Below are positions 10,464 to 18,996 of a stretch of DNA of 36,364 nt, in pieces. The translations under genes and the position numbers were made by a program. The DNA lies in assembly GCA_964610205.1 (NCBI GenBank), contig CAZSVI010000022.1:1-36364 (forward strand), read 5' to 3'. Each line of letters begins with the position of its first letter. Within the stretch, counting starts at the first letter, position 1. Under the pieces are notes generated by a model, which saw only the letters and a list, made by a program, of their open reading frames with translations, was not told the DNA's origin and ran no database searches. The DNA comes from an uncultured Oscillospiraceae bacterium. GTDB lineage: Bacteria; Bacillota; Clostridia; DSM-8532.

Positions 10464-11744
10464 ATGGGTATAATTAAAGCGCTTTTCGATACTGTAGGAG
10501 GAAGCCTGGCCGATCAGTGGCTGGAGGTTATAGAGCCGGATGAAATGAGTGACAGTACCGTATTCACATCCGGGGTATTTGTACGGAAAGACAGCCGACG
10601 CGGAAGCAACAGGAAAGGCAGCGAGGATTTTATTTCAGATGGTTCAATTATTCATGTTTATGATAACCAGTTCATGATGCTGGTGGATGGCGGAAAGATT
10701 GTGGACTATACCGCAGAACCGGGGTATTTCAAAGTGTCTAATCAGTCTGCCCCGTCACTGTTCAACGGTGAACTCAGCGAAACATTGAATGAATCATTCA
10801 ACAGGATAAAATACGGCGGCGTCCCTTCGGCAAAACAGAAGGTTTTTTACATAAATCTTCAGGAGATAAAGGGTATAAAATTCGGAACCCGAAGCCCTAT
10901 TAATTATTTTGATAATTTTTATAATTCAGAGCTGTTTTTGAGGGCTCACGGCAATTATTCCATAAAAATTACCGATCCGCTGAAGTTTTATCAGGAAGCG
11001 GTTCCTCGGAATGCGAGAAGAGTTGATATAAACGATATAAACGAACAATATCTCCATGAGTTTCTGGAAGCGCTGCAAAGTGCAATCAATCAAATGTCCA
11101 CCGAAGGTGTGCGCATATCCCATGTTGTTTCAAAAAGCCGTGAACTCAGCAAATATATGAGTACCACTTTGGATGACGACTGGAGGCAAATGCGGGGCAT
11201 AGAAATACAATCGGTCGGTATTGCCAGTGTTTCCTATGACGAAGAATCACAAAAGCTTATCAACATGCGAAACCAGGGCGCCATGCTTTCTGATCCTACG
11301 GTACGCGAAGGCTATGTGCAGGGTGCGATGGCCCGTGGTGTGGAATCTGCAGGTTCCAATGCCGGCGGCGCTATGGCGGGCTTTATGGGTGTCGGAATGG
11401 GTATGCAGGCAGGCGGAGGCATGGCCGCGGCTTTCTCACAAAGTAATCAGGCTCAGGCAGCAATGCAGCAACAGCAGACACAAAAGGAACCTGCCGGGGC
11501 AGGTTGGAAATGCAAATGCGGTGAAGATAACCGTTCGAATGCAAAGTTTTGCTGCGAGTGCGGAAAGCCAAAACCACAACCGGCAGCAGGCTGGAAATGC
11601 AGCTGTGGAAACGAAAATAACGACAGTGCGAAGTTTTGTTCCGAATGCGGCAAATCGAAGCCTTCGGATTCTGTTTGCCGCAAATGCGGTCATAAACCGG
11701 CAAGCCCGACGAAATTCTGTCCCGAGTGCGGCGAACCGATGTAG
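10464..11744 (+). CDS. SPFH/band-7-like protein with Gly/Met-rich linker and three C-terminal zinc ribbons (YdjI / COG4260-like)
   Basis: The N-terminal ~260 aa resemble the YdjI/COG4260 (virion-core-protein-like) SPFH fold. A GAMAGFMGVGMGMQAGGGMAAAF linker follows. Three CxxC-x10-12-CxxC ribbons (GWKCKCG..FCCECG, GWKCSCG..FCSECG, CRKCG..FCPECG) close the protein. The first two ribbons are encoded by a ~75-bp tandem DNA duplication. Confidence 0.7.
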   Translation: MGIIKALFDTVGGSLADQWLEVIEPDEMSDSTVFTSGVFVRKDSRRGSNRKGSEDFISDGSIIHVYDNQFMMLVDGGKIVDYTAEPGYFKVSNQSAPSLFNGELSETLNESFNRIKYGGVPSAKQKVFYINLQEIKGIKFGTRSPINYFDNFYNSELFLRAHGNYSIKITDPLKFYQEAVPRNARRVDINDINEQYLHEFLEALQSAINQMSTEGVRISHVVSKSRELSKYMSTTLDDDWRQMRGIEIQSVGIASVSYDEESQKLINMRNQGAMLSDPTVREGYVQGAMARGVESAGSNAGGAMAGFMGVGMGMQAGGGMAAAFSQSNQAQAAMQQQQTQKEPAGAGWKCKCGEDNRSNAKFCCECGKPKPQPAAGWKCSCGNENNDSAKFCSECGKSKPSDSVCRKCGHKPASPTKFCPECGEPM

Positions 11745-11779
11745 TTTATAGCGAGGAACCAGGATGAGCCCCCGCCCCT
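11745..11779 (+). repeat. copy 1 of ~35-nt intergenic motif (TTTATAGCGAGGAACCAGGATGAGCCCCCGCCCCT)
   Basis: Lies directly after the stop of the SPFH gene. See the other copies at 35913 and 32483 (inverted). Confidence 0.5.
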
Positions 11780-11810
11780 TCGGGTATCGTCTGTAAATGG
11801 AGGTATTGTT

Positions 11811-12857
11811 ATGGCCATTTTTACATATAAGTGTCCCAACTGTAATGCAGGGCTTATTTTCAATCCTGAAAAAAAGCAATTTTTTTGCGAGTACTGTAAT
11901 TCCGAATTTACAGAAAGTGAACTCTCCATGAGGGCTCCAAAAGAAGACGCATCCGGCGAGGAAAATGAATCCGACGACGAATTTGTCTCCCATATGTCGG
12001 TATACTCCTGCCCTACTTGCGGCGCTGAAATAATGAGTGACGATACCACTGCCGCCACTTTTTGTGTTTATTGTCACCATCCGGTCATTTTGTCCGGACG
12101 CCTCACCGGGAATATAAAACCGGAACAAGTTATACCCTTTGCCTTTGATAAAAAGACCGTAAAAGAACATTTCAGCAAATGGGTGAAAAAACGCCGTTTC
12201 ATAAAAGAGGATTTTTATTCCGCTTCCCAGATGGAAAAATTGTGCGGGGTATACTTCCCTTTCTGGATTGTATACGGCAGAGCAGATGCAGGTATGCAAG
12301 CCACAGGAAAAACAAAGAGAGTATGGCGTTCGGGTGAAACCGAATATACGGAGACAAAAGTATATGAGGTTATCCGCAATGGAGAAATGGCATTTTCCGA
12401 TATTACCATAAAGGCCCTTAACAAGGACAGCGCTAAAATGCTGAACGGAATATACCCTTATGATGCTAATGGTTTGAAGCATTTTTCCATGGCTTATCTC
12501 AGCGGTTTTCTCGCCGAAAAACGCAATGTGGAGAGAGAAAACGCAGCTCCGGAAGCTTACAGCATTATCAGGCAGAGCGGAGAAAAGCTTTTAAGGGATA
12601 CAATTTCGGGCTACACGTCTCTTGATGTAAGACATTTGGCGGTAACTCCCGTAAACGAATACTGGCGCTATGCGCTGATGCCCGCCTGGTTACTGACTTA
12701 TGCTTATAACGGTAAGAAGTTTTATTTTGCAATGAATGGTCAGACCGGCAAGGTAGCGGGGCGTGTTCCTGTCAGCAGGCGTAAGCTGATAACGCTTTTC
12801 GCCGCGGTGGCGGGGTTAACGTCAGCTGTAATGATTCTGGTGGGGGTGCTGATGTAA
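11811..12857 (+). CDS. double zinc-ribbon membrane-anchored protein (YdjG-like)
   Basis: N-terminal CPNCNAG...CEYCNS and CPTCGAE...CVYCHH ribbons and a single C-terminal TM helix (LITLFAAVAGLTSAVMILVGVLM). SD GGAGG. Stop overlaps the next start (TAATG). Confidence 0.65.
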   Translation: MAIFTYKCPNCNAGLIFNPEKKQFFCEYCNSEFTESELSMRAPKEDASGEENESDDEFVSHMSVYSCPTCGAEIMSDDTTAATFCVYCHHPVILSGRLTGNIKPEQVIPFAFDKKTVKEHFSKWVKKRRFIKEDFYSASQMEKLCGVYFPFWIVYGRADAGMQATGKTKRVWRSGETEYTETKVYEVIRNGEMAFSDITIKALNKDSAKMLNGIYPYDANGLKHFSMAYLSGFLAEKRNVERENAAPEAYSIIRQSGEKLLRDTISGYTSLDVRHLAVTPVNEYWRYALMPAWLLTYAYNGKKFYFAMNGQTGKVAGRVPVSRRKLITLFAAVAGLTSAVMILVGVLM

Positions 12858-13669
12858 TGAAAGGGATATGTAAATTTGTAACCTGTACTGTTGTTTTTCT
12901 TTTGCTCTGTATTTCCTTTGCTTTTGCCCAATCGGATCAAAGAGTTTTTGACAACGCAGAGCTTCTTTTGGAGCATGAAATAAAGGATTTGGAAAACAGA
13001 ATTATAAAATTTACCGAAAAGCACAACATGGATGCGGTGATGCTTACGATTCTTGACGCGGAAGGCAAAAGCGCACGGGAATACGCGGATGATTTTTATG
13101 ATAAAAACAACTATGGAGTTGGAGAAAGCTATGATGGATTATTGATTCTGATCGATATGGATAACCGGGAGATTTATATTTCCACCTCGGGCAGGATGAT
13201 TGAAATACTTACGGATAACCGTATTAACAATATTTTGGACGGCCAGTTCGACCGTGTTGTAAAGGGTGATTATTACGGCGCCCTTGTTTATGGAATTACC
13301 GCGGTGGAATCCTATACGCAAACCGGACCTGTAGCCGGACAATACAGTATTGACGAAAACGATGTCGCTACGGAACGAAGAGGGCTGACCCTTGAATGGG
13401 TTTTATTGTCCGTTGCCGCAGGTCTTGCTGTCGGTGGGATAGCTGTGTTGGGAGTATCCGTATATTATAAAAAGGATTTTCACAGCGTTGCATATGATTA
13501 CCGGACAAACTGCAAACTGTCTCTGCTGCAGAAGAATGATATACTGGTAAATTCCTATGTTAACACAAGAAGAATTCCGACAAATACATCCTCCGGAGGC
13601 AGTACCAGAAGTACTACGCACATATCAAGTTCAGGCCGGACCCACGGCGGAGGAGGAAGAAAATTTTAG
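12857..13669 (+). CDS. TPM-domain (TLP18.3/Psb32/MOLO-1 phosphatase-like) protein with signal peptide, C-terminal TM and Gly-rich tail (YdjH-like)
   Basis: Signal peptide, then FDNAELL..E...L...I..F....DAVMLTI..EGKS..EYADDFY...GVGE..DGLLILIDMDNREIYISTSGR, the TPM signature. TM helix LLSVAAGLAVGGIAVLGV and a GGSTRS...GGGGRKF tail. Translationally coupled to the upstream gene. Confidence 0.7.
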   Translation: MKGICKFVTCTVVFLLLCISFAFAQSDQRVFDNAELLLEHEIKDLENRIIKFTEKHNMDAVMLTILDAEGKSAREYADDFYDKNNYGVGESYDGLLILIDMDNREIYISTSGRMIEILTDNRINNILDGQFDRVVKGDYYGALVYGITAVESYTQTGPVAGQYSIDENDVATERRGLTLEWVLLSVAAGLAVGGIAVLGVSVYYKKDFHSVAYDYRTNCKLSLLQKNDILVNSYVNTRRIPTNTSSGGSTRSTTHISSSGRTHGGGGRKF

Positions 13670-13738
13670 TACTTTTTCTGTAACAGAGCCCGGTATTATA
13701 GTGAAGCTAGAATCCTAATAAGCGGGAGGCTGATTGAT

Positions 13739-15988
13739 TTGAATATATCTGGTGAAAACAAAAACATTATTGATCAGGTTTTTAACAAAGCTTTTCTGGA
13801 TGGAAGAACTGTTCTGTTTGAACACGAGGTATATCAGATACTGGATGGAATTGGCCTTGAAACGCCCAAACATTACTTTGTGAAGTCAGGGGATATGATA
13901 ACGGACAATATCCTTTCACGGTTTGCCGATGAAGTGATTATTAAAATTGTCTCGCCGGAAATTATTCATAAGCAGAAAGTAGGCGGCGTTAAAAAAGTAA
14001 AAACATATGAACCATTGTTTGTTCAATATGTTCTTGAAAAAATGAAGGATGAAGTTCTTTCACACTATGATGACGGGCATAAACCGGTTATTAACGGCTT
14101 TTTGATCGTTGAACTTATTGATTTCACACAAAGTATCGGTTATGAGATTCTGGTGGGGGTAAAGGATGATCCGTCGTTCGGGCCGGTTGTTACCTTAAGC
14201 AAAGGCGGGGACGACGCCGAATTTTTTGCGAAATACTATGACAAGGCCAACCTGTTTCTGCCGCCTTTAAGTTATGAAGAAGCACGAAAGCTTGTGAGCG
14301 GCCTGAAAATCAAGCACAAATTTAAAGATATCGGACATGAGGAATATAATGATTTTATAGCGAAAACAGCTTCAGGAATCAGTGTACTGGCTTATGAATA
14401 TTCCTATATAAGTGAGAACAATCCGCGTTACTTCATGAAAACCCTGGATGTAAACCCGTTTGTTATCTCAAAGGACAACCGGTTTGTAGCCGTTGACGGA
14501 TACATAGAGTTTGAAAAGGCTGTGGAAAGCGATAACTTCTTACCGGGGCTTAATATAAATAATATTGAAGCGTTTTTTAACCCTGAAGGAATAGCCGTCA
14601 TCGGGGTATCCTCCGATCGGTCCAAATCCAGTATGGCCAAAGAAATCGCTAAACTATTACATGATCTCGGAAGGGACGATTTATATTGTGTCAATATAAA
14701 AGGCGGAGAAACTGCTATTGGCGGACAAGATTACCCCTTATACAAATCGATGGATGATATACCGGGGAATGTGGATATGGCTGTCTATGCGGCGCCGGGT
14801 AAGTACATCCATTCATTTTTTGCGGGGCTTTCCGGGAAAGTTCCGAAAGCGGTTGTCCTGATCCCCGGGATTGCTCAGGATGTAAATTACTCTGAATTTA
14901 CGACGGAATTAAGCAAGGTTGTTCCGGAAGGAATTAGAATTATAGGGCCTAACTGTATGGGTGTTTTTTACGGAAGGGATGAGCGCCATAAAGGGGTTAA
15001 TACACTTTTTATTGAGGAAGAGAGACTAACCCTTGCCGTTTCAGAATTCAGCAATACCGCATTATTAACTCAAAGTGGCGGCATGGCCATAACCCTTGTG
15101 GATAAAATGTGCAATTCGCCTGTTTTTAAATCCATTGTAAGTTTTGGTAACAAGTATGATGTTAAGATTACCGATTTGATAAAATATTTCAATGCCGATC
15201 CGGCCGTCCAGCTTATCGCGCTATATATTGAAGGATTTGCGAAAGGGGAAGGAAGGGTTTTCTATGAACTGATGAAACATATTAATAAGCCGGTTATCGT
15301 TTATAAATCCGGAAGAACGGATGTCGGCGCAAAAGCCGCCGCTTCCCATACGGCTGCACTGACAGGTGATTATGATGTGTTTGAGGCGGTATGCAATCAG
15401 GCCTCAGTTCTGTTGACAGACGACACGAAAGGATATCAGGATACCATAAAGGCTTTTTCATTACTTGCCAATAAAAATATCTATGGTAACAAGGTTGCCG
15501 GTATTATGAATTCCGGGTTTGAAGCGACGGTTGCCGCAGATGAGCTCGGTTTTCTGGAACCTGCGGTGTTCGCTGAAACAACACAAAAAAGAATTGATGA
15601 GATTAACAATCATGGTCTTGCGAATACAAGCATGTCCATAATGGATGTATCGCCTATGACGGATGACGCTATGTACAGAGATTTTATCGAAGCGGCGCTT
15701 CAGGACAAAGGGGTGCATTGTGTGTTTGTCGGGATTGTTCCCCATGTGGAAAAAATAAAATCCACACCCGCTGTCTGCAACGACCCGGATAGTCTGGCAA
15801 ATTTAATTGTAGATCTGTATAAAAAATATAACAAACCCCTTGTTGTATCCGTTAATGCGGGAGAGTTGTACAGTCATTTTGTGGACATTATGGAGGCGGC
15901 AGGTATCCCCGTATACCCAGATATCCGCTCCGCGGTGAATTCCCTTGAATGTTTTGTAAGATATCATGTTATTTCTTCCCGGATATAA
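13739..15988 (+). CDS. NDP-forming acyl-CoA synthetase, fused ATP-grasp (beta) + CoA-binding/ligase-CoA (alpha) domains
   Basis: 749 aa. The N-terminal ATP-grasp carries KIVSPEIIHKQKVGGVKKV. The middle CoA-binding region carries IAVIGVSSDRSKSS..VDMAVYAAP, followed by IIGPNCMGV and a succinyl-CoA-synthetase-like ligase-CoA domain. TTG start 9 nt after GGGAGG. Confidence 0.7.
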   Translation: MNISGENKNIIDQVFNKAFLDGRTVLFEHEVYQILDGIGLETPKHYFVKSGDMITDNILSRFADEVIIKIVSPEIIHKQKVGGVKKVKTYEPLFVQYVLEKMKDEVLSHYDDGHKPVINGFLIVELIDFTQSIGYEILVGVKDDPSFGPVVTLSKGGDDAEFFAKYYDKANLFLPPLSYEEARKLVSGLKIKHKFKDIGHEEYNDFIAKTASGISVLAYEYSYISENNPRYFMKTLDVNPFVISKDNRFVAVDGYIEFEKAVESDNFLPGLNINNIEAFFNPEGIAVIGVSSDRSKSSMAKEIAKLLHDLGRDDLYCVNIKGGETAIGGQDYPLYKSMDDIPGNVDMAVYAAPGKYIHSFFAGLSGKVPKAVVLIPGIAQDVNYSEFTTELSKVVPEGIRIIGPNCMGVFYGRDERHKGVNTLFIEEERLTLAVSEFSNTALLTQSGGMAITLVDKMCNSPVFKSIVSFGNKYDVKITDLIKYFNADPAVQLIALYIEGFAKGEGRVFYELMKHINKPVIVYKSGRTDVGAKAAASHTAALTGDYDVFEAVCNQASVLLTDDTKGYQDTIKAFSLLANKNIYGNKVAGIMNSGFEATVAADELGFLEPAVFAETTQKRIDEINNHGLANTSMSIMDVSPMTDDAMYRDFIEAALQDKGVHCVFVGIVPHVEKIKSTPAVCNDPDSLANLIVDLYKKYNKPLVVSVNAGELYSHFVDIMEAAGIPVYPDIRSAVNSLECFVRYHVISSRI

Positions 15989-15997
15989 GGTTTTATA

Positions 15998-16013
15998 GGG
16001 AAAAATCAAAGAT
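15998..16013 (+). promoter_or_regulatory. 16-nt exact motif GGGAAAAATCAAAGAT, copy 1 (second copy at 17698-17713)
   Basis: An identical 16-mer occurs ~40-55 nt upstream of both the FAD-oxidase and the LarA-like start codons. An exact 16-mer recurring by chance in 36 kb is very unlikely. Confidence 0.45.
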
Positions 16014-16052
16014 TTTGCGTATCATTTATTATATAATGGATTCAATAGAATA

Positions 16053-17681
16053 GTGGGGGAATCAAAATTGTGTACGTCTTTAGTTAAAAGTATTACAAAA
16101 GATTATGATGTGTATTTAAAGGATGAATCCAGAAAAACAGGTAATGCCGAATCAATTTCTTTTCCGGAAAGCGAGAAGGATATAATTAATATAATAAAAA
16201 GCTTTGGTGAAAGAAAAATAAGGATTACCATACAGGGAGCACGCACGGGATTAACCGGCGGTGCCGTTCCCGAAGAAGGTCATATTTTAAGTCTGGAAAA
16301 AATGAACGCAATAACAGGTTTGAGATATGACGAAGATGATGATTCTTTTATTCTTCATGTACAGCCCGGGATGCTGCTTGCCGATATCCGTAAAGCTGTT
16401 TGCAAAAAAGATCTTGATACATCAGGATGGTCCAATCAATCACTTGAAGCTCTGGAAAAAATGAAAGAACAAACGGGGTATTTTTTTCCTCCTGATCCGA
16501 CCGAAACAACTGCCTCAATCGGAGGTATGGTGGCGTGTAATGCTTCCGGAGCGCGTTCTTTTTTTTATGGGCCAACACGAAATTACATCGATGGTTTACA
16601 TATCATTTTATCTGACGGCTCGAAGATCTATGTAAAGAGAGGTTTACACAAGGCATATGGATATAAATTCAGCCTGACTGCAGACACAGGCAGGGTAATA
16701 CAAGGCAGGTTGCCCCAATATGTTATGCCCGAAGTTAAAAATGCATCCGGATATTATGTTAAGCAAAACATGGATCTGATCGATGTGTTTATTGGAAGTG
16801 AAGGCACGCTGGGAATTATTTCTGAGATTGAACTTAAGTTATTAAAAAAGCCGGAGTTTACCTGGGGGGTTGTGTTTTTTTTCCAACAGGAAAAGGATGC
16901 TCTTCAATTTGTAAAAACCCTGAGGGAGGATTCTACTGATCCGGATGGGACTAATATAAAGCCTGTTGCAATAGAGTATTTCAATTCTAATGCACTGGAG
17001 CTGTTAAGGCGGCAAAAAGAAAAAGGCAATACGTTTTCAAGCATTCCGCGTATAAATGAAGCATATAATACGGCAATTTATATTGAGTTTGATGAAATAT
17101 TAGAAGAGGATATGATTAATTCAATGATTGAAGCGGCAAGAAGGGCCGGGTATTGCGGCGGGAGTGAAGATGATACCTGGGTTGCCGTTACCCCGCAATT
17201 GATGGACCGGATGAAATTATTCAGACATGCCGTGCCCGAAGCTGTTAATTTGATGGTGGATCAGCGTCGCGGCAAAAACCCGGATATTACTAAACTGGGA
17301 ACGGATATGGCTGTTCCGGATGAAAAACTTCAGGAGATTGTGAATATGTACAACGTCGATCTTTTACAGCAGAAATTTGAATCGGTTATGTTCGGACACA
17401 TTGGGAATAACCACATTCATGTCAATATTCTGCCGGAGAGCATGGATGAATATGTAAAGGCGAAACAGTTATACAAGAAATGGGCCGGCAAGGTGCTGGA
17501 AGCGGGCGGAACAGTATCCGCCGAGCATGGAATAGGTAAATTGAAAATGGAGTTTCTTGAAATGATGTATGGACAGGAAGGTATAAGAGAAATGGCGGAA
17601 GTCAGGGCAGTGTTCGATCCGGACAACATTTTAAACTCAGGGAATTTATTTCGTATCAGGCAGAAGGGATTGTCATATTAA
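16053..17681 (+). CDS. FAD-linked oxidase / 2-hydroxy-acid dehydrogenase (GlcD / D-lactate dehydrogenase family)
   Basis: N-terminal FAD-binding PCMH domain (RTGLTGGAVP, ASIGGMVACNASG) and a C-terminal FAD-oxidase_C domain (HIGNNHIHVNI). Start is uncertain: GTG at 16053 in the track, or TTG at 16068 which has the better SD (GGGGGA). Confidence 0.7.
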   Translation: MGESKLCTSLVKSITKDYDVYLKDESRKTGNAESISFPESEKDIINIIKSFGERKIRITIQGARTGLTGGAVPEEGHILSLEKMNAITGLRYDEDDDSFILHVQPGMLLADIRKAVCKKDLDTSGWSNQSLEALEKMKEQTGYFFPPDPTETTASIGGMVACNASGARSFFYGPTRNYIDGLHIILSDGSKIYVKRGLHKAYGYKFSLTADTGRVIQGRLPQYVMPEVKNASGYYVKQNMDLIDVFIGSEGTLGIISEIELKLLKKPEFTWGVVFFFQQEKDALQFVKTLREDSTDPDGTNIKPVAIEYFNSNALELLRRQKEKGNTFSSIPRINEAYNTAIYIEFDEILEEDMINSMIEAARRAGYCGGSEDDTWVAVTPQLMDRMKLFRHAVPEAVNLMVDQRRGKNPDITKLGTDMAVPDEKLQEIVNMYNVDLLQQKFESVMFGHIGNNHIHVNILPESMDEYVKAKQLYKKWAGKVLEAGGTVSAEHGIGKLKMEFLEMMYGQEGIREMAEVRAVFDPDNILNSGNLFRIRQKGLSY

Positions 17682-17697
17682 GCAGACAATATTAATG

Positions 17698-17713
17698 GGA
17701 AAAATCAAAGATA
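17698..17713 (+). promoter_or_regulatory. 16-nt exact motif GGGAAAAATCAAAGAT, copy 2
   Basis: See copy 1. Confidence 0.45.
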
Positions 17714-17735
17714 TTTTACAAAGGTGAGAAAGAAT

Positions 17736-18953
17736 ATGGAAGTCAAGATGATAAAAATCCGGCAAGTGTTTAATAAAGAGTATATAAAAGATATTGAAGG
17801 TTTAATTTCAAATGAAATTGACAGTCTGAATTTACATATAAGAAAGGGACAAAGAATAGCAATTACTGCGGGTAGCAGAGGAATAGACAGAATTCCTGTC
17901 ATACTCAAAGCGGTTGCTCAAAAAGTTAAAGAGGCAGGGGGCAAGCCCTTCCTGATACCTGCTATGGGAAGCCATGGCGGTGCTACTGCCGAAGGGCAGG
18001 TGAAAATACTTGAGGAACTGGGCATAACCGCTGATTCTGTTGGTGTGCCTATCCGGTCGTCAATGGAAGTCGTCAAAATCGGGCATATTGAATTATCATC
18101 TTCTTATAATAATGATATAAAAGAATTACCGGTTGTATTGGATAAAAATGCTTATGAATCGGACGGTATAATTGTGGTAAACCGTGTAAAACCGCATACA
18201 TCCTTCAGGGGGGATTTTGAGAGCGGTATTATGAAAATGGTTGCCGTAGGGCTTGGGAAAAAGGTTCAGGCTGAGAATATTCACAGCTACGGTACAAGGG
18301 GACTTAAGGAATATATTGCTCCTGTTACCAGAAAAGTTTTGGAAACCGGTAAAATAATTGCCGGAATAGGTATCGTTGAAAATTCCTGTGACAAGGCTAT
18401 GGAAATAAGGGCCTTTTTGCCACAGGATATTGAGAGCGGTGAGAAGGAATTGCTTCAGAAGGCACGAAAGTCCATGCCGGGGCTGCCGGTTAATAATCTT
18501 GACGTACTTATAGTGGAGAGTATGGGTAAAAACATCAGTGGAACCGGGATGGATACTAATGTGATAGGAAGATTGAAAATACATGGTGAATCTGAGCCTG
18601 ACAAGCCTTCAATCCGAATAATAGCAGTATTGGATCTTACCCCTGAAACCAAAGGAAACGCATATGGAATTGGTCTGGCTGATATTACAACAAAAAAGCT
18701 GGTTGAAAAAATAGATTATCAAACTTCTTACACCAATGCCATGACATCTACATTTACAGAAAGGGTTAAAATACCTATTATTGCAGAGGATGAAACAGAG
18801 GCTTTTGAGTTGTCTGTCAGGGCAAGCGGAGTAAGAGATCCGGGAAAACTCAGAGCAGTGAGAATAAGGAATACACTGGAACTTGAGGAGATATGGGTTT
18901 CCCCCGCAGTTTATAACGAGGTAAAAAGACAGATTTCCAAACCGCCTCAATAG
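17736..18953 (+). CDS. LarA-like (DUF2088) nickel-pincer-cofactor-dependent racemase/epimerase family protein (tentative)
   Basis: ~405 aa. ATG at 17736 is 7 nt after AAAGGTGAG. A His-containing segment AMGSHGGAT sits ~85 aa in. Lys and His in ...IMKMVAVGLGKKVQAENIHSYG are spaced 16 residues apart, as are the cofactor-tethering Lys and Ni-ligand His of LarA. The fold call is from memory and not verified. Confidence 0.4.
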   Translation: MEVKMIKIRQVFNKEYIKDIEGLISNEIDSLNLHIRKGQRIAITAGSRGIDRIPVILKAVAQKVKEAGGKPFLIPAMGSHGGATAEGQVKILEELGITADSVGVPIRSSMEVVKIGHIELSSSYNNDIKELPVVLDKNAYESDGIIVVNRVKPHTSFRGDFESGIMKMVAVGLGKKVQAENIHSYGTRGLKEYIAPVTRKVLETGKIIAGIGIVENSCDKAMEIRAFLPQDIESGEKELLQKARKSMPGLPVNNLDVLIVESMGKNISGTGMDTNVIGRLKIHGESEPDKPSIRIIAVLDLTPETKGNAYGIGLADITTKKLVEKIDYQTSYTNAMTSTFTERVKIPIIAEDETEAFELSVRASGVRDPGKLRAVRIRNTLELEEIWVSPAVYNEVKRQISKPPQ

Positions 18954-18996
18954 GATGTCTTGTGAAGTATAGTTTTCCGGTATATTTGCAATAAGC

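Noticed and set aside
11436-12482. 348-aa minus-strand ORF fully antisense to the YdjG-like gene
   Set aside because: No RBS. The Cys/Phe/Leu-rich composition is typical of antisense frames. The sense-strand gene has clear Zn-ribbon, TM and operon-coupling support.
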